A model generated the notes under the pieces. The model was given only the letters and a program-made list of their open reading frames with translations. It was not told the DNA's origin and made no database searches. DNA of 64,000 nucleotides from an uncultured Nitrospiraceae bacterium (GTDB lineage Bacteria > Nitrospirota > Thermodesulfovibrionia > Thermodesulfovibrionales > SM23-35): contig CAVSHB010000003.1 of NCBI GenBank assembly GCA_963727775.1, forward strand, positions 320,001 through 384,000. Reading direction: 5' to 3'. The translations under genes were made by a program, and so were the position numbers. The first letter of the stretch is position 1, and each line of letters starts with the position of its first letter. Positions 10,409-20,460 of this stretch are shown in pieces.

Positions 10409-10840
10409 TTAAGGCTTTGAACTGAAGCCTCTCCTCATCATGCGTCCTTTCCAAAGAGGCATGCAGGAAGAATCCCTGAGAGGCGTGATCTTCCCAGTCG
10501 AAAGATTTTTGAGACGGCTCGCGACGATATATAGATTTCCATCACGAGCGATATATTTCGATCCGGTAACTTCATAGGATATTCCGGATCTGAACTCAAT
10601 GCCTTCCCTGGCGATGTACCACGGCGGTGCGGTGACGACTCTATAATCCTTAACTCCGGATTTAAGAATTATAATCACCGGACCTCTCATCTCCCGCATA
10701 ACTTCTCGCACTGTCCCTTTTATAGTTACCTCGGTATTTTCATCGTACCCTTCTCCGCCTTCGCTTTCCGCATAAGCAGCAGAAAAGAGAAAAAATATTA
10801 AAAAATAAGCCAGCAAACCACTTTTTGTGTAACTGTTCAT
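10409..10840 (-). CDS. Exported hypothetical protein (possible OB-fold)
   Basis: Signal peptide ending AAYA; YDENTEVTIKGTV...APPWY...EVTGSK; downstream of the zraP-like gene. Confidence 0.65.
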   Translation of the reverse strand: MNSYTKSGLLAYFLIFFLFSAAYAESEGGEGYDENTEVTIKGTVREVMREMRGPVIIILKSGVKDYRVVTAPPWYIAREGIEFRSGISYEVTGSKYIARDGNLYIVASRLKNLSTGKITPLRDSSCMPLWKGRMMRRGFSSKP

Positions 10841-10899
10841 GCTTTCCCTAATAATACCTGATTTTGATCTTGCGTTTTGTTCTTTAACGCGAAGATGGC

Positions 10900-10933
10900 G
10901 AGGACACAGATTGCGTGTACTCTCTGTGTCCTC
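10900..10933 (-). terminator. Hairpin after the ZraP-like gene
   Basis: GAGGACACAGA / TCTGTGTCCTC 11-bp stem; no strong U-tail. Confidence 0.4.
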
Positions 10934-10945
10934 CCTTTGTTCCTG

Positions 10946-11344
10946 CTAAATCCTGCCCATTCCGCCCATGTGTCCTGAGCCATATCCGCAAGTACCGCAT
11001 CCACCGCTAAAACCGCTTGTCGCCGCCCTTTTCTGTATTTCGGTCCTTACGTCAACCATCTCCTTCCGTTTGGCCGAAATTGCGTTCCAATCAGTCGGCG
11101 TCTGCGTTCGCAGAGTCATCAGTTCCGTCCTGAGTTGAAGCATCTTCTGCTTCAGCGGCAGGATGTCTGTTTGAAACTTGGCGAACTTCTGGGACTGCTC
11201 AGGCGTTACGGTCGCTGCCGCCCCTGGGCATGTCCCGTAACCTGCGCCCATTCCCCGGCCATAGCCAGGGCCGAAAGCAAAGGCTGCGGTGACGACTATT
11301 GCGACTATTGCGACTACTAACCCTGCAATAAGACCTCTTTTCAT
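10946..11344 (-). CDS. ZraP/Spy/CpxP-like periplasmic protein
   Basis: Signal peptide, Gly/Met-rich ends, TPEQ..KF...LKQK coiled coil; adjacent to a sigma54 two-component pair. Confidence 0.75.
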   Translation of the reverse strand: MKRGLIAGLVVAIVAIVVTAAFAFGPGYGRGMGAGYGTCPGAAATVTPEQSQKFAKFQTDILPLKQKMLQLRTELMTLRTQTPTDWNAISAKRKEMVDVRTEIQKRAATSGFSGGCGTCGYGSGHMGGMGRI

Positions 11345-11389
11345 GCTGATCACCCCTTTCTGTGGTCAATTTCATCCTGACCATAGTAA

Positions 11390-11406
11390 AGCAATCATCA
11401 TGCCGG
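11390..11406 (-). promoter_or_regulatory. Sigma54 (-24/-12) promoter for the zraP-like gene
   Basis: Minus strand CCGGCATGATGATTGCT gives GG-N10-GC, close to TGGCAC-N5-TTGC. Confidence 0.7.
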
Positions 11407-11458
11407 AATAAAACGTACTGATTTATTGAGTTTTTTTCAACAAAGCATCTGTTTGTCT

Positions 11459-11491
11459 GCAAATATTGCGCTAAATTAGTGCAATATTTGC
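11459..11491. promoter_or_regulatory. Palindromic enhancer (UAS) candidate for the NtrC-family regulator
   Basis: GCAAATATTGC-N11-GCAATATTTGC perfect inverted arms about 55-85 bp upstream of the sigma54 site. Confidence 0.6.
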
Positions 11492-11500
11492 GTCACGACA

Positions 11501-12832
11501 TCATGTGATGTCATATTCCTTAATCTTGTACTGAAGAGACCTTAGGGATATGCCGAGCATCTCAGCCGCCCTCCTCCTATTCCCACCCGTACGGGAAAGT
11601 GTATTACTTATCGCTTCCTTTTCGATGGCCTTCAAATCTCCGCTGATTATTCGCTCGTGAGCCGGCTCGGAAATATAACCCATGCCGGAGATATGCAACT
11701 CCGGGCCTTTACTCACAATGATCGCACGCTCGATAACATTTTCCAGTTCGCGTATATTGCCTGGCCATGCATATTCCATCATCTCCTTCATGGCCGCGTC
11801 AGGAATGGTTTTCGGCTCCCTTCCAATCTTTCTTGAGATGATGTCGAGAAGATAATGCGTAATCTTTTCAAAATACTCCCTGCGTTCTCTCAGTGGTGGA
11901 ACTGAGATGGGGAAGACATTCAGACGATAAAAGAGGTCTTCCCTGAACTTTCCTTCTCTTACCATCAGCTTTAGATCCCTATTCGTAGCCGCGATAATCC
12001 GTGTATTTGTTTTGATCGTAATGAGTCCTCCGAGTCGTTCAAAGGTTCTTTCTTGGATGATCTTCAGGAGCTTGGCCTGCAGAGTCAGGCTTATCTCCGA
12101 TAATTCATCCAGCAGTATAGTGCCGTCATTGGCGAGCTCAAATTTGCCCTTTTTCTGAGCCAGTGCGCCTGTGAATGCGCCCTTCTCGTGACCGAAGAGC
12201 TCCGACTCGAGCAGATTTTCAGGAATGGCGGCGCAGTTGATATTCACAAAGGGCCCCTTCCTTCCGCTCAGGCGATGCAGAATCTTTGCCACCAGCGTCT
12301 TGCCTGTTCCAGTCTCGCCGTAAAGCATAACCGTAGTATCCGTCGGAGCAACATCCTTTACCTCCCTTAACACGCTGTCCATTCCGGCAAACACGATCTC
12401 GATGGAAGGAATGTCTTCAAGAAGGGCTGATTTCAAGAGAGCATTCTCGCTGAGGAGAACCTGATGCTCAAAGACTTTGGCTACCGCAATCCTAAGCTGG
12501 TCCGGATCTTTGAGGGGCTTGGTAATGTAATCCACAGCGCCTCTTTTCATGGCTATGACCGCTGTCTCGACAGTAGCAAAGGCAGTAACCATGATGAAAT
12601 CGACTTTGCTGCCTTTCTTAACCTCTTCCATAAACCGGATGCCGTCCATCTTCGGCATTTTCAAATCAGAAATGATCAGATTGGGGTCGAAGGAATCCAG
12701 GACTTTCAGTGCGTCTTCGGGATCAGAGCGTCCCTTGACTGTATACCCCTCACCTTCAAGAATTTTTGTCATCAGAAGAAGAAAGGATTTTTCATCATCT
12801 ACGATAAGTATCCTGAAATTCTCCTTATTCAT
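11501..12832 (-). CDS. Sigma54-dependent response regulator (ZraR/NtrC family)
   Basis: REC domain, GETGTGKT, ESELFGHEKGAFTGA, FREDLFYRL, WPGNIREL, C-terminal Fis HTH. Confidence 0.95.
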   Translation of the reverse strand: MNKENFRILIVDDEKSFLLLMTKILEGEGYTVKGRSDPEDALKVLDSFDPNLIISDLKMPKMDGIRFMEEVKKGSKVDFIMVTAFATVETAVIAMKRGAVDYITKPLKDPDQLRIAVAKVFEHQVLLSENALLKSALLEDIPSIEIVFAGMDSVLREVKDVAPTDTTVMLYGETGTGKTLVAKILHRLSGRKGPFVNINCAAIPENLLESELFGHEKGAFTGALAQKKGKFELANDGTILLDELSEISLTLQAKLLKIIQERTFERLGGLITIKTNTRIIAATNRDLKLMVREGKFREDLFYRLNVFPISVPPLRERREYFEKITHYLLDIISRKIGREPKTIPDAAMKEMMEYAWPGNIRELENVIERAIIVSKGPELHISGMGYISEPAHERIISGDLKAIEKEAISNTLSRTGGNRRRAAEMLGISLRSLQYKIKEYDIT

Positions 12833-14111
12833 ATCGCCCCTTATTCAGTGCCGCGGGAAGCTCTATCCTGAAGACCGTCCCATTGGCTGGTTTGCTATCG
12901 AGTTCTATCCGCCCTCCCAGAACCTTTGTAAGCTTGTCGACGATTGCAAGCCCCAGGCCGGTCCCTTTCGCTTTAGTAGTAAAAAATGAGGCGAAAGCCA
13001 TGGACTTCGTCTTTTCGTCCATGCCGCAACCGTTATCGCTGATTATTATAATGATTTTCACTCCCGCCTGCAGTGCCCTTAGTTCGATAATGCCCCCCTC
13101 ATTAATAGCATCAGCAGCGTTCTGGAGTATGTTGGAAAGTATCTGATTTAGCTTTTCCCTATCCGATACAATCATAATGTCCCCGGGGACTGCGGTATTG
13201 ACCGTTATCGCAGTCTGCTTCACCCGGTCCGATTCTTGTAATACTTTCACCGATTCATTAGCCAACTCACGCAGACTGAATTCTTCTATCCTGGCTTCTG
13301 AAGGTTTTGCATACAAAAGTAGATCCTCCGTCAGACGTTCGAGTCTTCTTGCTTCATCGACAATAATACCGAGTTCTTCTTTGCCTTCCGCACTTTTTTC
13401 CGTAAGATACTGGGCGAACCCCTTGATACTTCCTATAGGATTTCTGATTTCATGAGCAAGAACCGCAGCCATTTCTCCGATAACGGCAAGTCTCTCTTTG
13501 TCCGCCATCAAGACAGTGAGTTCGTCGGACCGTCTAACTGCCTTGATAAAGAAAAAACCCATGACCCACAGGACGACTATCGTTATAAGGATACTTATGG
13601 CCTGGAGCCTGGCCTGCCGCGTAATGTTCTGTGCGGGATAGGGATGAAGGGCAAGTCTCAGGACCTTGACGGAATCCGGCGTATGTATCGGATAATTGAG
13701 CATGAAGATCTCCTCGCCGGTCCCAAGAATCATGTGGCCAAATACCGGCTTTCCGTCGCCGGCTGATCTCTTGATATCCGGCGAATCAATGCGTTGCCCG
13801 ACCAGATTTTCATTCGAGTGAAGAAGGGTCAACCCGCTCTTGTCATAGAGCGCAATAAAGGCAATCCCTTCCCACGACGAATCTGTGACAATCTCCTTGA
13901 AAATGCCTTCCTTTACTTGTGCCGCCTGCACGGAAGGTTCGAGGCTCGCCGCTATGCCCAGTGCCTGAAGCTTAAGGGATTCTTCCGCTGCCCTAACGGA
14001 ATTCCGGTAGATGATGAGAGTGCTAAACAGCGTTGCAAGGGATGCGACTGCTATAATAATGATGAAATAAACATGGGTCTTTTTAGGTTTCTTTTCGCCT
14101 GCATCGGGCAT
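12825..14111 (-). CDS. Membrane sensor histidine kinase (ZraS-like)
   Basis: Two TM segments, AHEIRNP H-box, N box, DNGCG, FFTTK..GTGLGL. Confidence 0.92.
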   Translation of the reverse strand: MPDAGEKKPKKTHVYFIIIIAVASLATLFSTLIIYRNSVRAAEESLKLQALGIAASLEPSVQAAQVKEGIFKEIVTDSSWEGIAFIALYDKSGLTLLHSNENLVGQRIDSPDIKRSAGDGKPVFGHMILGTGEEIFMLNYPIHTPDSVKVLRLALHPYPAQNITRQARLQAISILITIVVLWVMGFFFIKAVRRSDELTVLMADKERLAVIGEMAAVLAHEIRNPIGSIKGFAQYLTEKSAEGKEELGIIVDEARRLERLTEDLLLYAKPSEARIEEFSLRELANESVKVLQESDRVKQTAITVNTAVPGDIMIVSDREKLNQILSNILQNAADAINEGGIIELRALQAGVKIIIIISDNGCGMDEKTKSMAFASFFTTKAKGTGLGLAIVDKLTKVLGGRIELDSKPANGTVFRIELPAALNKGRYE

Positions 14112-14836
14112 ATATTTGAATTATACACCAAAAAGTTTGATCTGACTCATGCCGCCTTTTGCTCTCCGAATAGAGACAAGAATTCTGACAACTGACGATG
14201 AATTGAACGTCAAATGTGGCTATGGCTGTGACTTTGGGGCTCAAACTTAGAAGTGGCTGACATTTTCAGCTTTGTCAAATCATCAGGCTATGAATCATGC
14301 AGTAGCACTTCAATAATTCGCACATAAGGAAACAATTTCACTTAGTGTTTTAGCCGCCATCTTACATCTTCACAATTTTTTAACATTATCTTCATCGATT
14401 CTTCATAATTTTCTCTTATCCTAAATCCATTAGTAAATCCTTTTGACTGGCAGCCAGTCCTCCCCCCTATAGACTGGCTGCCCTCCCTCCCTTAGTATTT
14501 CTCAACTGATATGCTTGGAAACGCCTTGTAATGTACCGATAGAGGGCACGCTTTCACATAGAAGTCTAAAACTCAGACCTCTGCTGATTACTGGAAAAAA
14601 CTCACAACTCAATACTCCAATAATCGGGGGAAGCGCTGTCTCAAAATGAGTTATTAATATTTATCCACGTATCCATTTTTTCATTTGATAATGAACCTCC
14701 CCGCCGCAGAGACGGCGGGGTATCTCGGAAAACTCTCACCAGCGATGGCATCTTTAAATTTTGAACAGTTTTAGCTGACCTGTGCGCCGCTCTATTTCAG
14801 ACTTATCCAAAGTCTGATTCCTTATGTATCGCTTAA

Positions 14837-16457
14837 CCCAAAAAGTGCAGTTGACCTAAAATAATATCCCCGAAGAAATTCTCCTTTCGTATTAGAATCA
14901 ATAGGTTTGAGCGACCATCAACTCTAAACGAAAGGAGAATAGAAATATGCAGTCAAAATGTAGCACAAACATCGAAATAAATAAAGTAAGGATTGGATTT
15001 ACGGAGAAGAAGATGACGGCATATGGGGGATTCAGTTTATTGGCGGCATTTTTTGAAAAGATCAAATTGAGAGGAATTTTGCAAGAGGTGATCCCGGTCC
15101 ACGAGAGTTCTCCCAATGGAATGGGGATATACAGCAAGGTATTGGCGTACATCCTTCTGATCTATGCGGGAGGCAGCAGGTTTTCTCATTTACTTTATCT
15201 TGGTTGGCAGGAGATTTTCACAGATCTTTTTGCAGTGAAGAGGCTTCCTTTGGCCTCTACGACATTGGGCAGGCTTTTCAGGAAAATCAGGAAGCTGAAG
15301 GAAGTGGAAACGATGTCGGAAGGGCTATGGGGATATTTGAAGAGATTGATTCCATGGGAGGAGATCAAAGAGGACTGGCTGACGTTTGATTCTACAGTGC
15401 TTGAGCGATATGGCAAACAGGAGGGGGCAAAGAGGGGATATAACCCGAAGAAGAAAGGGCGTGGGAGCCATAGCCCGCTTCTGGCATTTCTTAACAGAAG
15501 CAAGTATGTGATACATCTGTGGAACCGTCCCGGCAATGTGATGTCATGGAATAATATCATTGGATTTTTCGAGTCCACATGGCACAGGATTAGCGGGCAT
15601 ATCGATATTAAGGGCGTTATTGCGGACAGCGGATTTTATCTCAGAGAATTTATCGAACTTTTGGAGCGGAGAAAATTAATCTATATCATAGCCGCTCGCC
15701 TATACCGTCCTTTGCAGAGGATGGTTTATGCACAACAAAACTGGAAGCGGATAGAAGAGGGGATATGGATCACGGAGTTCTTTTTCCAGCATGTCGATTG
15801 GATAACCGACAGGAGATTCATTGCAGTCCGGCAGGATATAAAGAAGAGGCCGCATGCGATGGGGAAGGAGTTATCTCTTTTTAGAGATGAGTTTGATACA
15901 GGGAATTATCGTTACAGCGTATGGATAACCAATTCACATGATCCCGCATATGATGTATGGAAGCAGTGCAGGCCGAGGGCAAACGATGAGAATACCATCA
16001 AGGAACTGAAAGAGGATTTTGCGCTTGGAGGGTTCTCGATGAAGTATTTCTATTCAACAGAGGCGGCAATGCTTATTCGGGTATTCATCTACAATCTGTT
16101 TGTCCTGTTTCGACATCAGATACTGGGCCAGAAAGAAAAGATAGAACGCTTGAAGACCTTGCGGTATAAGTATTTTGTACTACCCGCCCAATTGGGAGGA
16201 AACGGCAGAACGCTGGTATTGAGGATCTCCGTCTTTACACAGAAAGTACGATCAAAACTTTTATACCTCTTTAGCCGCATAGGACAATACTTTCCGCCAG
16301 GTCTGGATACCTGCACTGCAGTTGCAAGATGACAATAAACTTCAAAAGGAGGCGGATCAAGAAACAGTGTAAAGATTAGCTTTGCTAATGCTAATTCCGG
16401 GATTGCCTTGATAGGCTTGGATCTATAGGCATGTCTTTTCCAATTGCACTTTTCGGG
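14837..16457 (+). mobile_element. IS1380-family insertion sequence
   Basis: IRs CCC(A/G)AAAAGTGCA(G/A)TTG; perfect TTAA duplication at 14833-14836 and 16458-16461. Confidence 0.92.
14947..16332 (+). CDS. IS1380-family DDE transposase
   Basis: TAYGG, FDST..YGKQEGAKRGYNPKKKGRGSH, ADSGFY and ENTIKELK motifs. Confidence 0.92.
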   Translation: MQSKCSTNIEINKVRIGFTEKKMTAYGGFSLLAAFFEKIKLRGILQEVIPVHESSPNGMGIYSKVLAYILLIYAGGSRFSHLLYLGWQEIFTDLFAVKRLPLASTTLGRLFRKIRKLKEVETMSEGLWGYLKRLIPWEEIKEDWLTFDSTVLERYGKQEGAKRGYNPKKKGRGSHSPLLAFLNRSKYVIHLWNRPGNVMSWNNIIGFFESTWHRISGHIDIKGVIADSGFYLREFIELLERRKLIYIIAARLYRPLQRMVYAQQNWKRIEEGIWITEFFFQHVDWITDRRFIAVRQDIKKRPHAMGKELSLFRDEFDTGNYRYSVWITNSHDPAYDVWKQCRPRANDENTIKELKEDFALGGFSMKYFYSTEAAMLIRVFIYNLFVLFRHQILGQKEKIERLKTLRYKYFVLPAQLGGNGRTLVLRISVFTQKVRSKLLYLFSRIGQYFPPGLDTCTAVAR

Positions 16458-17024
16458 TTAATCACTTCTTCATTTGTTGCATCCCCGACCGTTCCTATGT
16501 CCTTGCCGTCACTCCAGAATTCTCCACCCCACAATTCTACTTTCTTCATCTTCGGAAATTCTTCGAATACTCGTTTCGCCGTTATCGACTTAATTACGTT
16601 CAGCACCTGACTCGGGCTATATTGCGGTTGAGCACCGCAGAAGATATGTATATGATCCTCATCAAATCCAATTTCATCGATTACAATATTGTACCGTTCA
16701 GTAATTCCCCTCATTGTCTCTCTGATACATTTCTCAACTTCCTCATTCAACAAAACCTTACGGTACTTTACAGCAGTCACCAAATGGTATCGAATCTTAT
16801 AGACCGCATGAGGCCTCTTTCCCAGTTCCATTGTAACAGCATTATAATCCCCCAAACCCCCTTTTCAAAAGGGGGTTCACGGTTTCCCCGCCGCAGAGAC
16901 AGCGGGGTATATAATTTAATCAATATAAAAACTATGTTCAGATTTTCATATTTTCTTCATCACTTCTTCATAATTTTGAGACTAAAATTAGAACGAAAAA
17001 AAGAAAAACGAAAAGAGGTAAGAC

Positions 17025-18107
17025 ATGAACAAAGCTGTACTGGAGACACCGTCGCCGGAAGAATGTGCGAGTACCGTCTTTGAAATTAGCGGCACAAAAT
17101 TTGATCCGGATATTGCTGCTGATCTTTGGTCAAAAATATTGCAGCATAAATGGCTCATGTCTGAAAAACTCGGCCGTGATGTGGGAGTGCGGATTGCTTG
17201 TATCGACTTTCTCGAAAACATGGAGCAGGCCCTTAAGGAATATATGGACTATAAGAGAAAAGATATCTTAACTGAGTTGGGAGCTCAGATCGTTAGCAGA
17301 GAAATATGGGACACTATATCCCATTCCCAGCCTCCGAAGCAATTGGTTCAACGGAGAATTATTCTACCTTTAAAAGAAGAGGGCCTTTCTAAAAAGCATG
17401 GTGTAATTCCTCCAAAGACCATCATTTTCTTTGGGCCTCCAGGCACTGGAAAAACCCATTTTGTAAAGGCCATAGCAGGTATTTTGTCATGGTGGTATAT
17501 CGAAATTTTGCCCAGCATGCTCATGGCGGATGGTGTCGAAAAGATTGGAGTTAATTTACACAAAATAATGGAGAAGGCCCGAAATCTGGAAGAAGTAGTT
17601 ATTTTTATTGACGAGTTTGAAGAGATTGCGGCCAGCCGGGATATAGCAACACGTGTTGACAAGTCAATTACAAATGAATTTCTTAAACAGGTCCCTCTAC
17701 TCAAAAATCAGGGAAACAAAGTCTTACTCGTGTGTGCCACCAACTATATCCGACAATTGGATGCCGCGCTGCTTCGACCGGGAAGGTTTGATTGCATTAT
17801 ACCTGTTGGTGGTCTGGACGAAGCTGGAAGAAGAACGATCTTGGAACATTACATGTCCAAGCTCAATACGGAAGAGATCGATCTGAATCTAATTATCAAT
17901 ATGACATCAAGGTTTACTCCTGCAGATATAGAGTATCTTTTTCAGCAGGTGGCTCAATTTGCTTTTGAGCAGGAATATACAAACGGACGAGATTATCAGG
18001 TAACCACAGATACCTTTATCCAAATTTTACCCAAAATACGACCCTCTCTGACAGACGAAATTATTGAAGAGTTTCAAAAGGACAGTATTACATATTCCCG
18101 AACCTAA
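17025..18107 (+). CDS. AAA+ ATPase with DUF4032-like N-terminal domain
   Basis: HKWLMSEKLGRDVG N-terminal motif; GPPGTGKT, IFIDE and ATN..LDAALLRPGRFD. Confidence 0.85.
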   Translation: MNKAVLETPSPEECASTVFEISGTKFDPDIAADLWSKILQHKWLMSEKLGRDVGVRIACIDFLENMEQALKEYMDYKRKDILTELGAQIVSREIWDTISHSQPPKQLVQRRIILPLKEEGLSKKHGVIPPKTIIFFGPPGTGKTHFVKAIAGILSWWYIEILPSMLMADGVEKIGVNLHKIMEKARNLEEVVIFIDEFEEIAASRDIATRVDKSITNEFLKQVPLLKNQGNKVLLVCATNYIRQLDAALLRPGRFDCIIPVGGLDEAGRRTILEHYMSKLNTEEIDLNLIINMTSRFTPADIEYLFQQVAQFAFEQEYTNGRDYQVTTDTFIQILPKIRPSLTDEIIEEFQKDSITYSRT

Positions 18108-18240
18108 ACGAATGAAGAAGATACGGGAGATTATGATTATTCTTTAAATCACTTTGGAAGAAATACTCGGAGGCGATAAAGCATAACCGTGACCTTAAGA
18201 ATGATAAGACTTTAACGCAATATGGTATAAGTAAAGGTAT

Positions 18241-19281
18241 ATGAGTATAAAACTTCTAGCATTTTCAAAAAAGACATCTGCAATATTTGCTTTTATATCA
18301 CTATTCCTCATTGGATATCTCAATTATATAACGGGACATGAGTTCTATCTGTCTGCATTTTATTTAATGCCTGTCACACTTGTTGCGTTGAAATTCAGCA
18401 GGCCCATAGGAATTTCTGCCGCTGTAATAAGCGCTATTGTGGAAACGACGGTCAATATTTTAGGGGGAGGTTTTTATTATTCTCATCCACTGATTCATTT
18501 TTGGAACATGGCGATTCTCATGGCAATATATATTGTTGTTGCCACTCTGATATCCCTATTAAGAGACGCACATGACAAGGAGAGTGTGAGAGCGGTAGAG
18601 TTAGCACGTTCAAATGCAGATCTTAAGGCGTTTGCCCATATTGTTTCACATGACCTAAAAGAACCTTTAAGAGTCATTACAGGGTTTTTGGCGTTGCTGG
18701 AGAAGCGTTATAAAGACAAACTCGATAATAAAGGGATGGAGTATATCCAGTTTACCGTCGATGGTGCCAAAAGAATGGATGAGCTTATTAAAGACATTTT
18801 GGAATATTCACAAGTCGGGGCTAAAGACAAAGAATTCAAACCTGTAGATTGTTTAGCCGTTTTGAATAAGGCAATTTTCAATTTGCAGGTTGCTATCCAG
18901 GAAAGCGAGGCCGTAGTGACACATGACAGTTTACCTACAGTAATGGTTGATTCCACACTATTGACCAGTCTTTTCCAGAATCTCTTAGGTAACGCCATAA
19001 AGTTCCATGGCGATGAAGCTCCCAACGTTCATATTTCGGCTGAAAGAAAAGAGGACGAATGGGTTTTTTCGGTCCGTGATAATGGTATCGGAATAGACCC
19101 GCAATTTCAAGAACAGATTTTTGCCGCTTTCCGGCGTTTGCACACAAGAGATGAGTATCCTGGCACCGGCATAGGCCTTGCCACCTGCAAAAAAATTGTA
19201 GAGTATCACGGTGGAAGAATTTGGGTGAAGTCAGAGACCGGAAAGGGCGCAACATTTTACTTCACAATTCCCACCCTATAA
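18241..19281 (+). CDS. Membrane sensor histidine kinase
   Basis: About four N-terminal TM helices; SHDLKEPLR, NAIKF, DNGIG and GTGIGL. Confidence 0.92.
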   Translation: MSIKLLAFSKKTSAIFAFISLFLIGYLNYITGHEFYLSAFYLMPVTLVALKFSRPIGISAAVISAIVETTVNILGGGFYYSHPLIHFWNMAILMAIYIVVATLISLLRDAHDKESVRAVELARSNADLKAFAHIVSHDLKEPLRVITGFLALLEKRYKDKLDNKGMEYIQFTVDGAKRMDELIKDILEYSQVGAKDKEFKPVDCLAVLNKAIFNLQVAIQESEAVVTHDSLPTVMVDSTLLTSLFQNLLGNAIKFHGDEAPNVHISAERKEDEWVFSVRDNGIGIDPQFQEQIFAAFRRLHTRDEYPGTGIGLATCKKIVEYHGGRIWVKSETGKGATFYFTIPTL

Positions 19282-19426
19282 ATCCCATTAGTAATAATTT
19301 TCGGAAAAGGACAGGCATGATATACTCGTTTGCGGTTGTGTAATGCGCACTGAATACTGATCAGTCAAGATGCAGACTTGATGAAGTAGTAATGAAAATA
19401 TTTGGACTCTCATGATCGTTTATTTG

Positions 19427-19458
19427 TGGCTGTTATGTGGAGCTTCACATAACAGCCA
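19427..19458. repeat. 32-bp near-perfect palindrome (putative tyrosine-recombinase site)
   Basis: TGGCTG-TTATGTGGAG-CTTCACATAA-CAGCCA, one mismatch. Confidence 0.8.
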
Positions 19459-19591
19459 TTGAACTAAGCCGCTGACGCGGCAGGATGAACAGTCAAAGCT
19501 ATAAGGCCCTCCGCCATAAGTAATCTCACAATTTATTCCTCCAGCAGGTATTCATACAATATTCCTATAACCCAAAACGAGGAGGTATTGT

Positions 19592-20455
19592 ATGAAACCG
19601 TTACGTCACAAGATGCTCAACGACATGAAACTAAGGAGGTTTGCACCGAGTACGCAGGAAGCGTACGTGTCGGCTGTAGCAGGCCTGGCCAAGTACTATA
19701 AGCAGTCACCGGACCTGCTTGACAAGGAAAAGATACAGGCATATCTTCTGCATCTCCTGGATAAACGGAAACTTTCATGGGGCACCTGCAATGTCGTCGT
19801 ATCGGGGCTAAGGTTTTTCTACACGCAAACGCTGGGAATAGACTCGATGCATCTGGGGATCCCGCCTATGAAAACGCAGACAAAGCTTCCCGAGGTTCTT
19901 AGTGTCGAGGAGCTTACAAGATTGTTCCAATGCACTCGAAACCTTAAACACAGGGCGATATTGATGACCACATATGCGGCCGGGCTACGCGTAAGTGAAG
20001 TAGTAAATCTGAAGCTTAAAGACATAGACAGTGGCAGGATGATGATCAGGGTATGTCAGAGCAAGGGGAACAAAGACCGCTATACGATTCTGTCACCCCG
20101 TTTATTGACGGAACTGCGAGCTTACTGGAGAAAGTACAAACCCCTTTTCTGGCTTTTCCCCGGGGCATTCTCTGATAGGCCGATGAACAGAGCTACGCCA
20201 GAGAGAATATACTACAGTGCAAAAGAGAGGGCAGGGATAACTAAGGGGGGTTGTATTCATAGCCTGCGCCATTGCTTTGCATCGCATCTTCTTGAAGCTG
20301 GAGTGGATTTGAGAACCATCCAGTTGTTGATGGGTCATTCCTCGATAACGACCACGACGCGCTATATGCGGATAACCAGCAAGAAGCTGTCCGCCACAAA
20401 GAGCCCGCTGGACCTTATAGAGATACCTGACACAAGGAGATTGACTGAAGTGTAA
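19592..20455 (+). CDS. Tyrosine recombinase/integrase with N-terminal SAM-like domain
   Basis: YAAGLRVSE, KGNKDR, HSLRH and MGHSSITTTTRY: complete catalytic set. Confidence 0.95.
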   Translation: MKPLRHKMLNDMKLRRFAPSTQEAYVSAVAGLAKYYKQSPDLLDKEKIQAYLLHLLDKRKLSWGTCNVVVSGLRFFYTQTLGIDSMHLGIPPMKTQTKLPEVLSVEELTRLFQCTRNLKHRAILMTTYAAGLRVSEVVNLKLKDIDSGRMMIRVCQSKGNKDRYTILSPRLLTELRAYWRKYKPLFWLFPGAFSDRPMNRATPERIYYSAKERAGITKGGCIHSLRHCFASHLLEAGVDLRTIQLLMGHSSITTTTRYMRITSKKLSATKSPLDLIEIPDTRRLTEV

Positions 20456-20460
20456 TCTCC

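Larger units (their letters stand above)
14754..16831 (-). pseudogene. tnpA: IS200 TnpA (Y1 HUH transposase) split by IS1380
   Basis: YHLVTAVKYRK, DHIHIF and LWGGEFWSDG upstream; the tail KRYIRNQ...GQLKLFKI* at 14836-14754 rejoins in frame across the TTAA TSD. Confidence 0.88.
14692..16915 (-). mobile_element. IS200/IS605-family element (tnpA only) interrupted by IS1380
   Basis: Directly repeated subterminal hairpins CCCCGCCGCAGAGAC(G/A)GCGGGG at ~14698 and ~16886; right end TTCA, left end follows TTAA (minus strand). Confidence 0.85.

Noticed and set aside
14225..14262. Possible IS end (TGTCAGCCACTTCTAAGTTTGAGCCCC on the minus strand)
   Set aside because: No partner end or transposase; the resemblance is too weak.
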